Below the pieces are notes generated by a model. The model had not been told where the DNA came from and did no database searches. It worked only from the letters and a program-made list of their open reading frames with translations. Position numbers and translations under genes: made by a program. From Candidatus Methylomirabilales bacterium (GTDB lineage Bacteria > Methylomirabilota > Methylomirabilia > Methylomirabilales > CSP1-5), in NCBI GenBank assembly GCA_046758505.1, contig JBHIAH010000055.1:1-17804 (forward strand): DNA of 17,804 nt, read 5' to 3'. Below are positions 15,152 to 17,804 of this stretch, piece by piece. Each line of letters starts with the position of its first letter. Position 1 is the stretch's first letter.

Positions 15152-15967
15152 CTACGGCCTCTCCCTTGCGCGGGACGAACCCCCGGTCCGTCGCCGGTGG
15201 GGGAGTCCCGCGTCCAATTCGATCACCAGGATCGTGAGATTATCGGTCCCCCCCCTGGCAAGGACCGCCTCCCGAAGGGACTCACCCCCTGCGTGCGCCC
15301 CGGAACTCTGCAGGAGCGTGCGCGCGATCTCTTCCCCACCGAGGACATCGAAGAGGCCGTCGCAGGCGACCACGAGAAACCGATCCGCCGCACCGAGCCG
15401 CCGCTCCCCCACGACCGGGACAGCCATCACCCCGACTGGGCGGAAGAAGCTATCGCCGAAGCTCCGTGTCGGCATAAGCCCCCGGACCCCGCGGACCACA
15501 TATCCGCCCTCGATGGCCCCCCCTGCCGCGACGATCCGCGATCGCTCTCCGGGATCATCCACCCGATGAGGCCGCGTCAGCGCAATCGGCCCGGCCCCCA
15601 CGAGGAGAATTTCACTGTCCCCAACGTGGGCGAAGCTCAGTGCATCCCCCCGGAGAAACACCGTGGCCGCCGTCGCCCCACTCTCCACCCCCTGCAGACT
15701 CTCCTCCGCGGACCGGTACGCCTGCCGGATGGCCTGCGGCGGGGAGAGCCCGGTGCCCAGGGCCTCGAAGAAGAGCTGATGAAGGGAGACCGCCAGGATC
15801 TCGGCTGCCTCCGTTCCTCCGTGGCCATCGAAGACGCCGCCGAACAGCCCTACCCGGGGCCGGATCTCCAGCACGTGGCGGTCCTCCATCGCCTGCCGAA
15901 AGCCGATATCCGAGATCTGGTGAAGGGCCCGAACACGCGCAGTGGCCGGGTCCGGCTCTCGCTCCAC
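15152..15967 (-). CDS. PP2C/PPM family Ser/Thr protein phosphatase
   Basis: R..MEDRH, VFDGHGG, SGATA, AHVGDS, RSFGD, FLVVACDGLFDV and GGTDNLT; the metal-binding Asp residues are present. Start placed at GTG 15967 behind GAGGGAG. Confidence 0.9.
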   Translation of the reverse strand: MEREPDPATARVRALHQISDIGFRQAMEDRHVLEIRPRVGLFGGVFDGHGGTEAAEILAVSLHQLFFEALGTGLSPPQAIRQAYRSAEESLQGVESGATAATVFLRGDALSFAHVGDSEILLVGAGPIALTRPHRVDDPGERSRIVAAGGAIEGGYVVRGVRGLMPTRSFGDSFFRPVGVMAVPVVGERRLGAADRFLVVACDGLFDVLGGEEIARTLLQSSGAHAGGESLREAVLARGGTDNLTILVIELDAGLPHRRRTGGSSRARERP

Positions 15968-16055
15968 TGGTCTCCCTCTCCGTGCCTCCGCGCCTTCGAG
16001 CCGGGGCGAACCCGCGCCCGACGTGCGGAAGATGCCGCTTCGCGTCCCCGGTGTG

Positions 16056-16118
16056 ACCATACGCCAGGGGGGGGTGCAAAGGCAAGGCTTGGGTTTTGCG
16101 CCCCTCCCGGGCTATAGT
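16056..16118. promoter_or_regulatory. Candidate back-to-back promoters between PP2C and the membrane-protein gene
   Basis: Minus strand: TTGCCT (16085-16080), 18 nt, TATGGT (16061-16056). Plus strand: TTGGGT (16089-16094), 18 nt, TATAGT (16113-16118). Confidence 0.4.
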
Positions 16119-16124
16119 CAAGGG

Positions 16125-16742
16125 GTGGACCCGAAAGCCGCGGACAACCGGGAGCTCGTCGCGCTCACCTTTCGATCCCTCGATGCGGCCTTTGCCGGCG
16201 GAGGCGAGGAGGAGGCGATCGCGGCCCTCCGGGAGGCCTTCGCCCGGCGGATCGGTGCCTGCCTGCGGGTGATGCCATCGCCGGACGAGTTGAAGGAGCT
16301 CCCCGAAGCTTTGCAACAGGAGATCAGGGAGCGAGAGCGGGAGGCCGCGCTGCTCGGGCGGAAGCGAGAGGCGGCCCTGCAGGTTATCCCGGCGTACAGC
16401 CATCTTCTCCAGGCCTACCGATCCTACGACGCCGAGGTGGGTTCCCCGCAGCGTCTCGCCCGCACCCTGGGGATGTCGGCGACGACGGTTTTGGTCGGAG
16501 GGGTTCTGGGCTACCTGGTCGAACGCGGGGTCGGGCTCCCGTACGCCACGGTGGCGGGGATCGGGCTGGGCGTCATCGCCTTCTTCTCGATGGTGCTCCA
16601 GACCCTCGGCACCAGCCGGCAGATGACGCGGGTGGAGTCGAGCCACGTCGCTCAGCTGGAACGGCTGAAAGAGGATCTCTACGCCGCCTTCGAGGACGTG
16701 GATCGGCAAGGAGCCGCGGAGGGGGAGGACCTCAGCTCGTAA
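16125..16742 (+). CDS. Hypothetical protein with two predicted TM helices flanked by coiled segments
   Basis: Hydrophobic segments TTVLVGGVLGYLV and YATVAGIGLGVIAFFSMVL. Its stop abuts the RBS of the next gene. The start (GTG 16125) is uncertain; the ORF-track start at 15942 overlaps PP2C. Confidence 0.65.
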   Translation: MDPKAADNRELVALTFRSLDAAFAGGGEEEAIAALREAFARRIGACLRVMPSPDELKELPEALQQEIREREREAALLGRKREAALQVIPAYSHLLQAYRSYDAEVGSPQRLARTLGMSATTVLVGGVLGYLVERGVGLPYATVAGIGLGVIAFFSMVLQTLGTSRQMTRVESSHVAQLERLKEDLYAAFEDVDRQGAAEGEDLSS

Positions 16743-16755
16743 AGGAGGCACCATC

Positions 16756-17424
16756 ATGGTAGATGCGGCTCACCTCGTGGATGAGACACGACAGGACCTG
16801 CAGGCGGTCGAGGCACGGATCCGCCGGCATCCCTACCTGGAGGCCGTGGAGGCCGGCAAGATCTCGAGAGACGAACTGCGGCGCTTCGCGGGGCAGCAGC
16901 ATCACATCATCGGGAGTGACCTGCGGGCGATGGCACTGTTGATCGCCAAGGCGCAATCCGACGACGCCCGAGAGTTTTTTTGGCGAGCGATCCAGGGAGA
17001 GCGGGCGGCCCTGGACGCGCTTCAGGCCTTCGCCACCGCCCTCGCCCTACCGGCCACGACGCTCGAGGCCACCGAACCGATCCCCGGGGCCTTTGCGTAC
17101 AGCGCCTATGTCGCCTGGCTCGCCCTCTTCGGCTCGTGCGCCGAATTTGCTGCCGCCTTCCTACTGAATGTGGAGGCGTGGGGAGGAAATTGTGCCCGCA
17201 TGGGTCTGGCCCTCAGGGCCCGGTATCAGATGACGGATGCGGATGTCGCTTTCTTCAACCTCTTCAGCAGCCCGCCTCCGGACTTCCGCGAGCGAGCCCT
17301 GGCACTGATTCAGGGCGGACTCTCTACAGGGGTCGAGCCAACACGGATCAGACGCGCGGCCCGGATGCTCCAGGGCTACGAACTTCTCTACTGGGACACC
17401 CTCTATCAAGCCGCAACACGCTAG
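16756..17424 (+). CDS. TenA/THI-4/PqqC (heme-oxygenase-like fold) family protein
   Basis: HPYL....GKIS....RRF..QQ..I...D, AYSAY...LA and C-terminal GYELLYWD. Strong AAAGGAGG RBS. Confidence 0.82.
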   Translation: MVDAAHLVDETRQDLQAVEARIRRHPYLEAVEAGKISRDELRRFAGQQHHIIGSDLRAMALLIAKAQSDDAREFFWRAIQGERAALDALQAFATALALPATTLEATEPIPGAFAYSAYVAWLALFGSCAEFAAAFLLNVEAWGGNCARMGLALRARYQMTDADVAFFNLFSSPPPDFRERALALIQGGLSTGVEPTRIRRAARMLQGYELLYWDTLYQAATR

Positions 17425-17605
17425 CCCCGCACGCGTCACACCGAGGGTCAGGGTACCATGACGCCCGGTCGAGCCCTCCGACCTGGACCACGCCTCCAAC
17501 GCCCGGCAGACCGTGACAGACATCAGACCACATCGGGAGGTCCAAGCGCTCGACGCGCACGATCCCCATGGATGATACCTTCCCGCCCGGCGGCGAAAAG
17601 ATTCG

Positions 17606-17634
17606 TTGACACGAGACCAACAAGGATCTATAGT
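17606..17634 (+). promoter_or_regulatory. Near-consensus sigma70 promoter
   Basis: TTGACA (17606-17611), 17 nt, then TATAGT (17629-17634). Confidence 0.75.
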
Positions 17635-17681
17635 TTCCCCGACTCGAGATTCTCACGGTTCTACTTCTCGACATTGACGAT

Positions 17682-17712
17682 GCCGCGAGGACTGAGGTCC
17701 TGCGGCTTTTTT
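17682..17712 (+). terminator. Intrinsic terminator about 40 nt downstream of the predicted transcription start (leader attenuator or sRNA 3' end)
   Basis: GCCGC(G)AGGAC-TGAG-GTCCTGCGGC-TTTTTT. Confidence 0.75.
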
Positions 17713-17765
17713 GTTGCACCGAGGGCCATCCTTCCCCGGAATGGCCCGAGACCACCGGAGGGCCC

Positions 17766-17804
17766 ATGGCCGAGTATCGGCGACGCGAGGAGTCAGGGCA
17801 CGAG
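17766..17804 (+). CDS. 5' end of a gene running off the window (MAEYRRREESGHE...), product not identifiable
   Basis: ATG preceded by GGAGG at normal spacing, downstream of a strong promoter. Confidence 0.5.
   Translation, partial: MAEYRRREESGHE

Noticed and set aside
14402..16117. 571-aa plus-strand ORF
   Set aside because: It is antisense to the well-supported UDG and PP2C genes and is Pro/Arg/Gly-rich with no motifs, typical of a high-GC shadow ORF.
16060..16755. TPP riboswitch upstream of the TenA-like gene
   Set aside because: No CUGAGA / ACCUGAU...GCGNAGGGA core found. The GCTGAGA at about 2804 also lacks the rest of the aptamer.
17348..17767. 139-aa minus ORF, and the plus-strand frame open from ATG 17458 to the window end
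   Set aside because: Both run through a strong promoter and terminator, lack an RBS and have no protein-like composition. The minus ORF also overlaps TenA.

Overview
GC-rich bacterial chromosomal window with 16 complete CDS and one partial CDS at the right edge. It has no rRNA, tRNA, CRISPR array, transposase or integrase. On the minus strand at the left are a stand-alone Lon N-terminal-domain protein, a SAM O-methyltransferase, a DUF1802 protein and a PilZ protein. Divergent from these, on the plus strand, are a family B DNA polymerase, a fused ADP-forming acyl-CoA synthetase, a secreted ComEA-like HhH protein with an extra N-terminal domain, and a TldD/TldE pair. Next come a cold-shock gene (minus) and a divergent TPR gene (plus). 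A minus-strand block follows, encoding a PP2C phosphatase, a family-5 UDG, a membrane coiled-coil protein and a DsbA/FrnE-like protein. The right end carries a 2-TM protein and a TenA-like protein on the plus strand. The ORF track does not show the most notable signals. (1) The DsbA/FrnE gene is very probably a selenoprotein: an in-frame TGA gives a U-P-W-C motif, followed by an fdhF-like SECIS hairpin. (2) Two related intergenic elements are built from inverted arrays of 7-bp repeats. (3) Two similar promoter-leader-terminator (attenuator-like) 5' UTRs are present. (4) The PP2C has a eukaryote-type flap. (5) The ComEA protein carries a DUF6582-like domain. All family calls come from motif recognition by eye, not from database searches.
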